DNA from: Dicyema japonicum
Taxonomy: Eukaryota > Animalia > Dicyemida
Length of the DNA stretch: 64,000 nt
Reading direction: 5' to 3'
NCBI GenBank assembly: GCA_011109175.1
Contig: RDEW01000006.1
Coordinates: 1,175,529 to 1,239,528, forward strand
The notes below the pieces were generated by a model. That model saw only the letters and a list, made by a program, of their open reading frames with translations. It was not told where the DNA came from and made no database searches. The position numbers and the translations under genes are program-made. This document shows positions 52,185-64,000 of this stretch, piece by piece (the first letter of the stretch is position 1; every line of letters begins with the position of its first letter).

Positions 52185-52981
52185 TTAGTAATTAAATACG
52201 CCAATCTGTAATGGATAATAACGTGTTCTTCGTTTATATTTTATAATGTAAGCCACAGCAAATATTATAACAATTCCACCAATTACACAAACAGCTAATA
52301 TATATCGGTTTTCTAAATTTAACTTAATATTACTGATTGCAAGAGTTTTTATTGTATTTCTTATATAATTGTGAGTTGTAGTTTTATTTAATTTTTTATT
52401 CAAATTGGATGTTGATTTGGATTGCAAATTTCTTTCAAAATCACATCCGAGTGCTAAATTAGTTATTAAAATTACCATTTCCAGTAAATATTGTATAATT
52501 ATCTTTTTTTATGAGTTGCATTTTCATATCTTTTATATTTATTGTTCCATAATTAGGAATAGATACAATTATTTCACTGCAGTTATAATAACCGCTAGTT
52601 GAAATATTCGAACTTGGAGTAAACATACCTATATTATGGAAATCAATGTTAATCCCCAGGAAACATACATAATATTAGAAACACGGAAAATGCTATTTTG
52701 AATTCTATATCATTTTTTTCCATTTAAGCTTACCAGATTCAAGTAACCTAAAGTCAAAAAATGCGTCATTTAAATTTTCATATTTAATCTTTTATTAAAT
52801 AAACAGTGATTACAGTATTATTAATATTATATTCAACTTCAATTATTCCACTAAATAACGATACAACTCGGTTTTTTTTGATCACACTCCAAATAGGTAC
52901 ATTATTACGTAGCATTTCAAAAGTATTATTATTCCACATCACTATAGCATTGCTTACTATACACGTATATATAACTATCAT
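52185..52981 (-). CDS. LAMP-like single-pass type I membrane glycoprotein
   Basis: Signal-like N-terminus MIVIYTCIVSNAIVM. Spliced via 21-29-nt introns plus one longer (~40 nt) predicted intron to SGYYNCSEIIVSIPNYGTINIKDMKMQL...GNALGCDFE (LAMP-type Y.C...C pattern). TM ILAVCVIGGIVIIFAVAYII and tail KYKRRTRYYPL (YxxPhi). Confidence 0.55.
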
Positions 52982-53109
52982 CAATTAATTTTATAAACCT
53001 AGTAATCGGAGCATTCTCACAGTAATTGTTCTAATTATGAATCAAAATTATTTATATTTAAATAAAAATTTAATTTCAAATTTAATAAATTATTAATTTT
53101 TTTATTTTA

Positions 53110-53330
53110 TTTTAACAATGTTTGTTGAAGAAGCCGACTGCGTGGATAGAAACGAGTTCCCTCGGAGTATGGTCATTCCAATCTTTTGTCTCAGCCATAA
53201 CCCTTCTTGTTTATCTCATTTCTTTCTGGCAATCATTCCTCCGAGTTCGCGCAAGAAATAATACAGTCTCTAGTCTTAAAAATTTTCTTAAACATAGCTT
53301 TGTGTTTAACAATTTATCACTTCACCTTAT
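53110..53330 (-). mobile_element. CRE-like 3' fragment
   Basis: WLRQKIGMTILRGNSF C-terminal motif. Confidence 0.6.
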
Positions 53331-54679
53331 TTTATCCGGATCAGAAATTATCTCAAAAATATTAAAATTGTTAATTACTTCTAGGTCAAACTCTTAATAT
53401 AAGATTTAATATTCAACTAATTAAATTTGTTCTCACGTGTGTCTGTTTCCGTCACTAAAGAGATTCTTCAACTTTTTACCATTATCCACTTGCATTGTAT
53501 TTTGCATAGTAACGTGCGTTATATACATGATATCAAGAATTCTCCTGACAACAGTTATTAGTGTATATAATTTATTTTGTATATAATTTACTTCCAACAG
53601 CCTCAAATACTACGGGTTTAATTTTTGTCCCGATATAATTCCATGTCATGACGCACGGAATAACATGGACCTCCAATTGACTTAATTGTTCATTAAGGAC
53701 TATACGGAAACGCCATAACTGAGTAAATATTCCCTTTCAGGTCTACGATTAAGATTATTTCAAATAGTCATTATGTTTTTGGTAGTTGATGTCGAAATCA
53801 GTAATTCGATCGTTGAGGACAAATTGAACCGTACGTTTACCTGAGAAGGGATAGAAGATAATATTTTCGGATAGGCCAGAGTATTTTGCTCTTTTTGATT
53901 CTTGTGTTACTCGGCTGCCAAACATGCTCTTGATCTATCTTGTTTGATGTAGGTTATTTGTTTACGAAAAAATCGTTTTTTTGTATATTATCAATTCCAT
54001 TGTTTTACCATTTCTGGTTAGCAATGAGCATCTCCACGATAGTTATGTCCTTCGTTAATTTATAAATCACAATATTTTGAATAATGCGAATAACAAAAAC
54101 TAAAAATATTAAGGTGAGATGTAATGCATCCTCAATAATCAAAGATGCATATTAGTTCATTCTTTATAAACTTAATAAACCTTTTCTCGTAGAATGAAGA
54201 AAATCAGTAAAGGTTTGAGTATTTTAGTAACGCACAACTGAATAATTGTCCGAGAGAAGAGATCAGGGTTTTCATCGATATAAACCAGAGGTGTCAAACA
54301 TGCGATCTGCGTAAATAATGCACCTCAACAGAAATAAATGCGCCCGATTTAATTGCTACTGCAAGCTGTAAAATCAGCAGAGTGCTTACATTGTGTGGAA
54401 AATTTATCCGCTTTAATAAAGTCGGAGCACTTATTTTTTATCAGATCTCACTATAAAGTTGGACGCATTATTATTTAAATTATTTAAAACAATTATTATT
54501 TAAATAATTAATTTCTAACTAAAAAATTATCATATTTTGTTGATTTTGTTACATTTAATCGACTAGAAAAAAATCTGTATTTTCAAAATCGCTTCTGATA
54601 ATTAATCGCCCCTCGTTTATGCATCTCCTCTGTCCAAGCCAATCGGTGCAATGTAAACAAAACTGAAATTACTAAAATC

Positions 54680-56400
54680 AAAAGAAGACGCTGTTACTCA
54701 TGAATAATGGAAATGTACTAATAAGCTAGACTCTCTACTAGGATATGTTGAAGATGTACTAAGGAGGAAAACACTAGAAAATGCGGCAATGGCTAAACTG
54801 AGGAAAGGATGGTTAAGAGCCCATGGACCTGGAATTGACATGAGATAAGGCTTTACAACGCCTTTGTGAAACCGATCCTACTGTACAACGCTGGGACCTG
54901 GAGAAGTTCCTTTAACGAACTACAGTGTATCCCCGGTTTGGGCACTTTGTGCTTCGAAAATAGGGGTTATTTTTTTCCATTCTAAAATCTTTTATTTTAA
55001 ACTACATAAATGTAAAAAAGGTAAGAGATTTTATTTTATGATTAATAATATCTATCAAGTCGCTCTTTAACGAAATAATCGGTTATGTGTCTCCAATTGT
55101 GTAACCATTTCGGATGTTTCTCATTACTGTCATTCGGAATTCGTAGAATTTTTTAATGACTTTGGTGTTATGCAGGAAATGTTTTGTTCTAAAGTATTCA
55201 AAGTTTCCAGAAATTGTTTCTCTGTCACGTCCTCGTTTTCAGCTATATCTCCATTATAGATAAAAATGTCGCATTCAATAGTTTCTTCATCATCATCCTC
55301 GGTTAATATTTCATTTACTGCTTCGGTCATTATTTTACTAGTTAGGCGATCATCAATATTTAAGACATTACGATTTTTTCAATTTGTTTTCAACAATCTG
55401 TGATTGAAAATTCTGTTACTTCATTCCAACTTTTTGAAACCAGCATTACAACCTGACGAAGGTATAGTTTTAAAAGACGTTTTTAAGAAAACTTTCGATG
55501 CCCTGAAGACATAAAAATTAGAATAAAAAAATTGAGTTATAGTTTTCGAATATTTTTATTATCCCCATATCTAATTGCTGTGTATAAGGTATCCTATTTT
55601 TAGGCAAAAGAAGAATTAGATATAGGGCATTCAATAGTTTTATGAAATCTTGCATTATCAAGTAATAATAATATTTTTCTTTGTTGAGTATTCTACTTCT
55701 CATTTAGCTGAATAACCAGCTTTTAAAAATGTTCCCAGTCATCCATGCACTTTTGGAAGCTAAATATAAAACACAAAATCTTTAACATAGAAATTTTTGA
55801 AACAGCGAGGTTTATTATATTTCCCAAGACTATTTTTTAATGATTGGCCCTGATATTGGAAAATTATGTTCTCTGAGATTTTGGATAACTTCAAATACTT
55901 TGTGATCAAATAATATGTATCTTTTTGATGTTGGTGTCACGGTTTGGGGCTCCAGAAAATTTTCAAATTTGGAAATTAATGCTGGAAAATCGACTCCAAA
56001 TGAAATATGCTCCGAAATGCGGGGTTGTCCCACCGCCGGGGTGTCCCCCGAAACGAGGTCGGACTGTATCGAAAGTAGATTCGTTCAATAGAATGCAACT
56101 AAGGAGCTTACTAGGATAAAGTGGCCACGTAAATTATCAACCACTAATATTTATAACAATACCTTTAGTGGTCTCCTGGACCATACTTTCATGAACTTGG
56201 CTTATGGATAAAGACTCGACTGGAAATCACCGGATAACACGAGGGAGGAAGTATCTTACCGCTCAATGCTTAAGTAACCACGTGTTACAACGTTTGGACA
56301 CTGCTGGCTATCGAGTGGAGGCTTTAATGGAGTCACTTGAATCATACTTTCTTGAAGTAGTGGCTTTGGATCGAAACTCTCTCGGAGCTTAGTTTTTGAA
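54680..56400 (+). mobile_element. RTE RT C-terminal remnant split by a Tigger insertion
   Basis: Left part RLYNAFVKPILLYNAGTW; right part resumes KVDSFNRMQLRSLLG.KWP after 56068. Confidence 0.7.
54923..56066 (-). mobile_element. Tigger/pogo DNA transposon, same family as 12019-13266
   Basis: TA|CAGTGTATCC...GTCGGACTG|TA. Peptides closely match the 12019 copy (MTEAVNEILTEDDDEETIECD; PKNRIPYTQQLDMGIIKIF). The internal deletion differs. Confidence 0.9.
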
Positions 56401-57239
56401 GTAGTGAGGTCAAGACTATTCTGGACTCAACTGGAAAACAGTTTTGGTAGTTAATCATGGCTGTATTTACAGAGACAAGAATTTCTACATATCATTACGA
56501 TTGTTAGAATAATAATGTAAATTTATCACAATATTTTAATTATCGTATGATTGGAAAAATGTATGAATTAACTGCCATTAAAGAAAATCTTTGTCGTAGA
56601 ATATTGTGTAATCATTGAATCATTAATATTATCGAAATATTACGTAATGTGTCATTATGGCATCTTTAGTCCCAATGGTCTGGATGAAATAATGAACGGG
56701 TATTGACTGCTCCAATTGACGTCAGACTGGCAACATTGATAGATGGGGTTCGCTATACGGGTAGACACAGCTGTGTCTATCAACGACAGGATGCCATCTT
56801 CCAATGTCATCTTATTTCAAAAAAAATAAACTTGTAAAATTACTCTTCGGAGACTACAAAGGCTACTTCAACTTATCGTTTAGCTGAGACTATAAAATAA
56901 CCGATAATCAGATATGGCTGTGCTTTCGACAAACACAATAAACTAAGTGATTTCGCTTACAATCTCTCAGAGAACACTTCCCGTAACAGACATAACCAAT
57001 GAGGCGAAACGGAAACGGTTTTTGAGCCGAACATTACAATTGAGGATTTCGAATAAGTGGTAAAATACAACACTTATTTTAGCTAAAAAACCTAACAAGC
57101 AATATTACAAAAATGTCAAGGAATAAAAATCAATTCAGAACACGTTATCCTCTGTGTGATTCACATTTGGGATCAGTTTAGTCTATATTTCTACACTTTT
57201 AGTCCCCTCCCAAAATTACATAATTTACCTGAACTCTAA

Positions 57240-58190
57240 GAAAGTGTTGACAATACAAACATCAAAAAATNGCAAGACGTCTAACATCATACGTAAAAAG
57301 ACAACACTTATGTGCGGACTTCCAACGATGCGGAATATCTGTATGTTGTCTCCAGGAGAACAAAGTCTCAATGGTCTGGATGAAACAATGAACTGGTATC
57401 GACTGCTCCATTTGACGTCACACTGCCGACATTAGTGGATAGGGTTTGCTATTCGGGTAGACACAGATGTGTCTATTAACGAGAGAATTGCCATACTCCA
57501 ACTTCGCCCTGGAAACAACCGTAGTACTATTCTATCGATTATCAATGTATATGCACCAACCACAGTGAAAGTATCTGCCAACGCAAAGGAACTTGACAAT
57601 TTCTATTCGTCTTTATTATCGGCTTACTCGTCCCTATCTACCTCCTACATGTTCTTTATAGCGGGAGACTAGAATTCAAAAGTGGGTAAAAAGCGAGATA
57701 AATCAAATTACCTGGGCAGCCACTCTCGAGGGATCAGAAATCTTTCCGGGGAGGCTCTTATACATTTGTAGAGTCATTGGACTATTCCTTTGTAACACGG
57801 CGTTCCGACATGCACGCGACATATTACGATGTAGACAGGGCAGAGAAAAGACTCCTAGGGAATTATATATTTAACCAAATCGACTTTATACTATGCAGGC
57901 AAACACTGAGGGGCTACTTGAGACTCCTTTACGTAAAGTGGGATGATGATCACAGACTAGTAGTGTCACTTCTCACTCTAGTGCGACACTTTGAAATCTC
58001 TGGAGCACTAGTAACTAGTACGCGGAGTATGACTTGGCCGTGTTGGCTCTATGTGCTTCAGACAATACCCGTAAAAAGTATTGCTAGAAAATATCCAACT
58101 TGTTAGAAAATGTCGATACAAATATGTCAACCGAGCTGCTATGGAAAAATATTTCTATCCGAGTAAGGCAGGCTGCTGAGATTGTAATAG
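57240..58190 (+). mobile_element. RTE APE endonuclease remnant (with a related ~170-bp piece at 56650-56815)
   Basis: SINERIAILQL...IINVYAPTT...FYSSLLSAYSSL...FIAGD and IFNQIDFILCRQ...DDDHRLVVS. Confidence 0.85.
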
Positions 58191-58410
58191 AATCTTGTTA
58201 GAGGCTGTCATATTTTTTATTTTGAAATTCTCGAAAGTACAAGCAGCTTCCTTAGCTTCCAACGCAGAGCCTAATAGTCTCGAATTAAAAGACATTGGTG
58301 CATGCTTATCTAAAATCAAGCATTTCTACCGAGGGAAGGGGAAGACAGATATCTTGTCCGGTCGTTTTCCATTTCCACGATTTGGTGCCTTCGGTCCCAG
58401 AGAAGACGAG
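58190..58410 (-). mobile_element. CRE-like RLE fragment
   Basis: Minus-strand NRGNGKRPDKISVFPFPR*KCLILD matches CRE GKRPDG.T..PW..G.CL.WD. Confidence 0.6.
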
Positions 58411-58469
58411 AATATAGCCGCTATTTGATCATTTTCTACATTTTTGCGAAATAAATATTCAATTTAATT

Positions 58470-59030
58470 TGAAGTGTAAAATTAAAAGACGTTTGAATTC
58501 TCTTTTTTGAATTTCCTATTGCTACCAAAATTGATTCAATTAATAAATTTGGTTAAAAATGGTGAATTAAGCACACATATCAGTAATTTTTATGTTCACC
58601 CTGGATGTGAGAGATGGACTTTAATCAGATCACAAGAAAATGAAGAAATTAACTTTGTGATTCAAATTTTGGATGAGCCAGCTCCTATTTATGAAAGAGA
58701 TGGTGCAGACTTGATTTACACAGCTGAGATTATAATTTACAATTTAATTTTGAAAATTCCTATATTATTTCTTTTGCTAGTTTTTGCTAGACAACTGAAA
58801 TAAACATACTTATCCCATTTAATTCTGCTACTGAATATTCGATTCATAATGAAGGATTACCTCTCCCTGATAATCCTGATCAAATTGGATCTCTTAAAGT
58901 GAGATTTGTAGTTATATCTCCTACCGGTAATATAACACAAATATAAAGAATGATATTGAAAAAGATATGAAGATCCCTGGGCCAAATGTCAGAAAACGTG
59001 ATAACTATATAAAGAATTTTACGAGTAAAT
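58470..59030 (+). CDS. DnaJ/Hsp40 (class B-like) C-terminal substrate-binding domain only; boundaries approximate
   Basis: FYVHPG...INFVIQILDEPAPIYERDGADLIYTAEI and EGLPLPDNPDQIGSLKVRFVVISP parallel DNAJB C-terminal motifs (RDGSD.IY; EGLPLPK.P..RGDL). No J-domain seen upstream. Confidence 0.6.
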
Positions 59031-60964
59031 ACTTGCCATCTAATTAGAAATGGTAAAGTGTGGACTATAAAACTATTAACATATTTAGAGATATTAATTG
59101 CTTAATTTATTGGTTTGGTAACAATTCAAGTTCTTTCTAAATACACTACAAAATAACAAATTTAACATTTTTACGTTAAATTATTTCTTAAGTAAATTAT
59201 TATAAATAATCACTGATAATTAAGTTATGGGGGAAGTAATACGAAACGGTAGGGCTTGCCAACTGACTTAATTAATTAAAGACAACTTTTTTTCCGGGGT
59301 TATTAAATAAATAAATTAATTAATTAAAGACAACTGAGTGTTTTTATTTTCACGATACATTGATCTCTTAAAAAATCGTAAAAGAAAACGAATGAGCGGA
59401 ATTATAAAATTAACGGTCTCCAATCATATATTTATCGGTTACTGTTAGCGCTCGATTCAAGTTGTTCAAAGAAATCCTTTTTGCTGTTTGTCTTGTTCAA
59501 TTCCTAAGAAACGCGATCGATGGACGTTACCTAAGAGAAGATTTGTTTTGTTGCTATTAAAGTTATTTTTATAATAAAAGTAATTTTTCGACATTTTTAT
59601 TTAGCTTTTTAAAACTCATTTATTGGGGAAATTTTAAAATTGGGGAATTTTCGTATTATTTCGTGGTCGGAATGTATTCTGTTCTTTTTCGTAGTGAATT
59701 CACAAATCTGTATAGTTTAAAACTTTTTAGGAGCTTCTCGTATTACCAAATTAAGAAGCATTGCGAAAGCAAGTTGCGTATCTTTTATGACATCTCAAAT
59801 CTTTTATTTATTGCCTAATTATGGGGAAACTTAGCACCTCTGAACGAAAAACATCATAAACTTAGTTGGTACCCATTTACACAATGTACGTATAGCAGAC
59901 TTCATATAGGATATCTTGGCTTTTCATTTTCAGTCAGTATAGAATTTATACACGACTAACTTCTAAAAAAATAAATGCATCTTAATACAAACAGATTCTG
60001 ACTTATTCTAATTTCTTTTTCTTATTTGATTTTATTATTATTCAAAAAGATTTTAAAGAAAGATGTAAAAATTAAATCTTGTAACTTTGCTTAAATAATT
60101 TATCACGCTTAAAATTTTGTTAATAATCAATTTATTTAATTAACTCGGATACTGAGAAAGTCAACAGTAAACAACTAATTAAGTGTATCCAGTTTCCACT
60201 GTTACAGAGTCCTTCAACATCATACAAATCCATCCGGAAACATATAAGTCGTAAAAGACGTCCTTCCTTAAAGTTTTGGAAACCGTTCCTATAGAGTGGA
60301 GAGAAAATGATTCATTTTTTGCCAGCCTGGCACTGGGCGCCGGGTGATTAACATAACGCCACTTTAGTAGGAAGGGAAGAGGAGGATCAACATGCATTTA
60401 ACCACCTGATCCTTCCAAGGTAGTCCCGTTTAACATACAACCAAACTTTGCCGTGAAGTACCTAAGAACCCAATTAAAGCGTGTTCATTTATGGCCGAGT
60501 TAGATCTTGTATTTCCCAGACTGTCGATCCTCTTTGTAGCACATTGCATATTGAAATAAAAAACAAAAAATACTTGGCAAAATACACAATTTGAGATTAC
60601 TGTTCCAATCAGAAGAGGACAGGAAAAAGACCCCCGTCCGTATAGAAAATGCGTGGGATCACAGTCGGAGCATCGAGAAAAAATGGCCCGATTATTGAGA
60701 GATGCCGGGATCACCTGAATATTAGTTATTGGTTAAGACGGTGTTTCTTTGGCTTAAATAATAATATAATCATACACTTGAGCTCAAACTCTACAACACC
60801 TATGTAGTAACCACCACTTTTCTTATCCTGGTCCACTTTCGAATTCTGCGTCACTCCAAATATACCTGACGGATCTCTGTGAATGTCTGCTTTTGTAATT
60901 GCTTTCCTGCAAGCCACTTAAAAACAAATTTACATATAAAAGACAATATAATAAAATACAAAAA

Positions 60965-61700
60965 TCAATCAACAAACATATCGTAAGTAGCATCATCACT
61001 AATCTCCATTCTCCTGGGGTACAAGTCGACTACAATAGCAGATTCTGTCCTCGTTCCCAACATTTCCCCCATTCTCTCACCAGTATGCTGATACACGTCC
61101 ATTTCCCCCTCACTCACTAGCAAGTCAGCCTGTTCCGTAAGACGCAACAATGACTTCTTGTTCCCCTGAGAAAAATCTGTCGTGTTCTTCCTCTTCTTCG
61201 ACCAACACTGACTCTCATATTTGGATTCTCCACCAAATCTCAGAATTGCTTCCAACACGGATTCTCCGGGGTTTAAAATTCCCCGAATCTTCTGAATGAC
61301 CTCTTCTCTGTTCACAAATTCATCTTTCTCCTTATTCTCCCTACAAGGTTCTCGGTTGGGTTCATAAACCACGTGGTCAATGTTATCCAACCAATCATCC
61401 CGAATTCTCTTCACACCTGACATTACGTACATTCCATCTAGGAGTATTAATCCATCTTCCAATTCGTCGTTCATGTTAAATAGGGTTATTGGAATTCCGT
61501 GTATTTTTTCCTTAACTTCCCTTTCAATTTCCTCATCACTCTCTTCTGCGTCGTCATCTTCAAATATATTAACACTCTCTTCTTGGTACTCAAAATCCTC
61601 ATCCTCTATGCTCTTATATGGTGAATTTTGTTATCATCTTCCTTAAACGTTCTCTCCTCACAACCATCAATAATATTTAAATTAACTATTTATATGATTT
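60965..61700 (-). CDS. CD2BP2: CD2BP2 / U5-52K / Lin1 homologue (N-terminal and middle region; start approximate)
   Basis: IPITLFNMNDELEDG..LDG.Y....IRDDWLDNID, ILNPGESVLEAILRFG, LLRLTEQADLLVSEGEMDVYQHTGERM and DMF match the CD2BP2 motifs ITPFNLQEEMEEG, IRDSWLDNID and RLSGLADQMV..G...VYQET.ERL. One A-run frameshift near 61628. Confidence 0.85.
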
Positions 61701-61794
61701 TTTAAAATATTTTTTTAATTTATATTATTTATTAACGTCCTGTTTTCTACAATATCTTATATTATTTATTAAAATAAAACAAAGAAAAGAGGCA

Positions 61795-62290
61795 TAAACC
61801 CGTACTTTTATATAACGCTGGAACTTGGGCGACCCCATCAGCGGATATGAAAACTAGACTCGTTCCACAGAGGTCAGACTGAGAAAAATAACAGGAACTA
61901 CTTGGCCCTAACGAGAATATCTAGGAATGCTTTATATAAGAGATGCAGCACTAGACCTATCAGCTTAGAAGTACTGGAATCCCGATGGAGGCTCTTCGGA
62001 CACGTGCTGAGGATGGAATTAACTTCCCCACCGAACATATCTATGGAAACATACTATGTTAGTCAAGAAGGCCGCTATCGGGGAAGACCAAGAACAACAC
62101 TACCAATAGTCTTACAAAAAGACCTGGTCAGTATAAAAAAAATCTAACAAATGCGACGACCTGGACAGCATGAGAGCCTTGGCTAGGAACAGGGGAGCAT
62201 GGAAAAGATGACATCTAACCTTGTTTCTTTTGCTGCACATGCGGGGCTATAATTAGTATGGCTCTTGTGAAGTGCTTTAATAATAATAAT
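61795..62290 (+). mobile_element. 5'-truncated RTE copy with (TAA)n tail and TSD
   Basis: LESRWRLFGHVLRM...YRGRPRTTLPIVLQKDL. TSD AAAGAAA(A)GAGGCA at 61781-61794 and 62291-62303. Confidence 0.9.
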
Positions 62291-62303
62291 AAAGAAAGAG
62301 GCA

Positions 62304-62720
62304 ATGTCTGGAACTCAATGCCTGGAAAACACAGTATCAAGCCATTGGACTTATCCCTTCTCACGTTTAACGTCTAGGGATTCTCTAGCGTTTGGAAACG
62401 GAATGAACTGGTCGAGGATTTTTCAAAGTACAAGATTTCAATCGCCTGCCTTCAGGAGACTAAACTAATCAACATGATCCAAGAATAACATGGGAACTTT
62501 CTGTCTAATCTTCCTTCCAGGTGGAAACAAGCACTATGGGCTAGGATTTGCCGTTAGGAATGATCTATCCAGAGAGTCTGCCGCTATTACAGCGTGAATG
62601 ATAAAATCGGGTGTTGTAATTGAAACTTGATGACCTCAACCAGTTGAAGAAATTTCTAATTAAAATAAACGTTTACGCTCCTCCCAGTGGATGGCTTAAT
62701 AAAAACCCTGAGAAGATTAA
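62304..62720 (+). mobile_element. 5' (endonuclease) part of another RTE copy
   Basis: Begins at an ATG; FNV, IACLQETK, HYGLGFAV and INVYAP motifs. Confidence 0.75.
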
Positions 62721-63194
62721 CAGCAGGATTCTTGGCCCCGACGGACTGGTAGTGAATTCTTCAAATATAGTACCAAAAGCTGCATGAATGCATCGCTAAG
62801 ATCCTGAATGAAATGTACTATTATAGTCACACAAAATTGCAGCATATGATGTCTGGAATGGTATTAACTTCAATCTAGGATTCATCCTGGTATTGACGAG
62901 TTTTTTAGACTCATAATTTGTGGGTTTATCAGGAAACTGTTAAAGTGAGGGATTTACATTTGATGAAGAGATGTCTCATTATTTTGGATGAATTGAGGAA
63001 ATCGTTTCCAAATACAGCATTGCAATACACGTGTCCCAACTGCTAGCAATACACGTGTCCCAATAAAGCATTCTTCAATGCATACAAAGGAACTCGATGG
63101 GGGTGTCATTCTTTAGGACCGATCTGCCCTCAATATCGTGAGTAATCCAATGAACCAATCTTTATTTAAGCGAATTATAGGAGTTAATTAAAGG

Positions 63195-63720
63195 TTTATG
63201 CGTGTCCGCCTATGCGGACTGGACTCTTCCGACATACCTCATCTCCATTTTCTTTTTATCCTATCGGTGGATCCCATCGATCCTCTTCTCCACAATGTAT
63301 CTCACCGGAGTAAGAATTTTATCTTCTTCTATACTGAGGGTGTTTAATAGTTTTTTCCCCAAGGCCAGCTTTATTGCTGACCTTCTTGATTTTTCCATAA
63401 GTAGTATAATTCTATCTGTATGGCGTGAGAAAAACCTTGCTTCGCATCCATACAATAGTTCCGGAAGAATTACTCTCGTGAAAACAAACAGGAAGATCTC
63501 CAACTTACAGATAGCTTCCTTGTACAGAAAAGCGCTTGTAGCGCTTTCTTCCTTCTTCGTCTGATATCTTCCATGAAGGAACCTTCTCCATCGATGGCTA
63601 TCTCGAGGTAGCGAAGTGAATTCACTTTTGGGCTGTACACGATGCCTCCGTAGGCGACTGATCTCATATGGCTCGATTTCTCGGTACAAGTGGTATTACA
63701 GGCGTAGATATCTCCTGACC
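63195..63720 (-). mobile_element. LINE (L2/CR1/Jockey-like) RT C-terminus and 3' end
   Basis: KVNSLRYLEIAID and RVILPELLYGCE...SAIKLALG; short 3' UTR ending near 63195. Confidence 0.7.
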
Positions 63721-64000
63721 ACGTGGGTAATATTAGAAATAATTTTTACTTTAGAATCCCCCGAATATCAATTCTTGGTGACCTTAGACTGACCCAAGTG
63801 GGATTTAATGGAATTCAAAAATAAGGGCAAGGATCTTTGTTAAACTTTTCTGATGATTAAATGTTAGAGTGCTTACTATATTCTTATTTTGGAGAGTTTT
63901 TAAGATATCTGTGAAAGATGTAATTGAAGAGGTTGTTTGGTAAGTTGGCTGCGGTTTGAAATCCACGTTTTTGTTGGAAAAGAAGAGGCATGGATTATGT

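Noticed and set aside
54284-54460. hAT-like terminus CAGAGGTGTCAAAC (and TAGGGCTTGCCAAC near 59250)
   Set aside because: No partner inverted end or 8-bp TSD could be found.
56650-57490. Duplicated endonuclease segment on either side of the single N at 57271, as a haplotype or assembly overlap
   Set aside because: The two pieces differ at many positions (roughly one in five by eye), which fits separate old RTE copies. A scaffold join at the N cannot be excluded.

Overview
AT-rich eukaryotic, almost certainly metazoan, DNA. Small islands of very compact genes lie among nested, decayed transposable elements. The genes carry ultra-short spliceosomal introns (20-29 nt, most often 23 nt). This points to a reduced parasitic animal such as a dicyemid, orthonectid or myxozoan (inference). 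Host genes reconstructed by hand: a LEM-domain/TM protein, a miniaturised polycystin-1-like protein (GAIN/GPS-PLAT-channel), Atg4, a LAMP-like protein, CD2BP2/U5-52K, a DnaJ C-terminal-domain ORF and an eIF2B-epsilon 3' fragment. There is also an orphan 18S rDNA fragment. Mobile DNA includes a full-length RTE-type LINE with a 14-bp TSD. It sits inside a non-autonomous MULE with a 9-bp TSD, which in turn sits inside an R4/Dong-like LINE. Other elements are Tigger/pogo copies, many CRE-like 3' ends, a tRNA-headed SINE sharing its 3' tail with an RTE LINE, and a TGT...ACA/4-bp-TSD (Ginger-like) element filled with a ~95-bp tandem array. Many frameshifts are missing bases in short homopolymers, which suggests uncorrected long-read errors, so pseudogene calls here are provisional. 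All assignments come from motif recognition by eye; no database searches were run.
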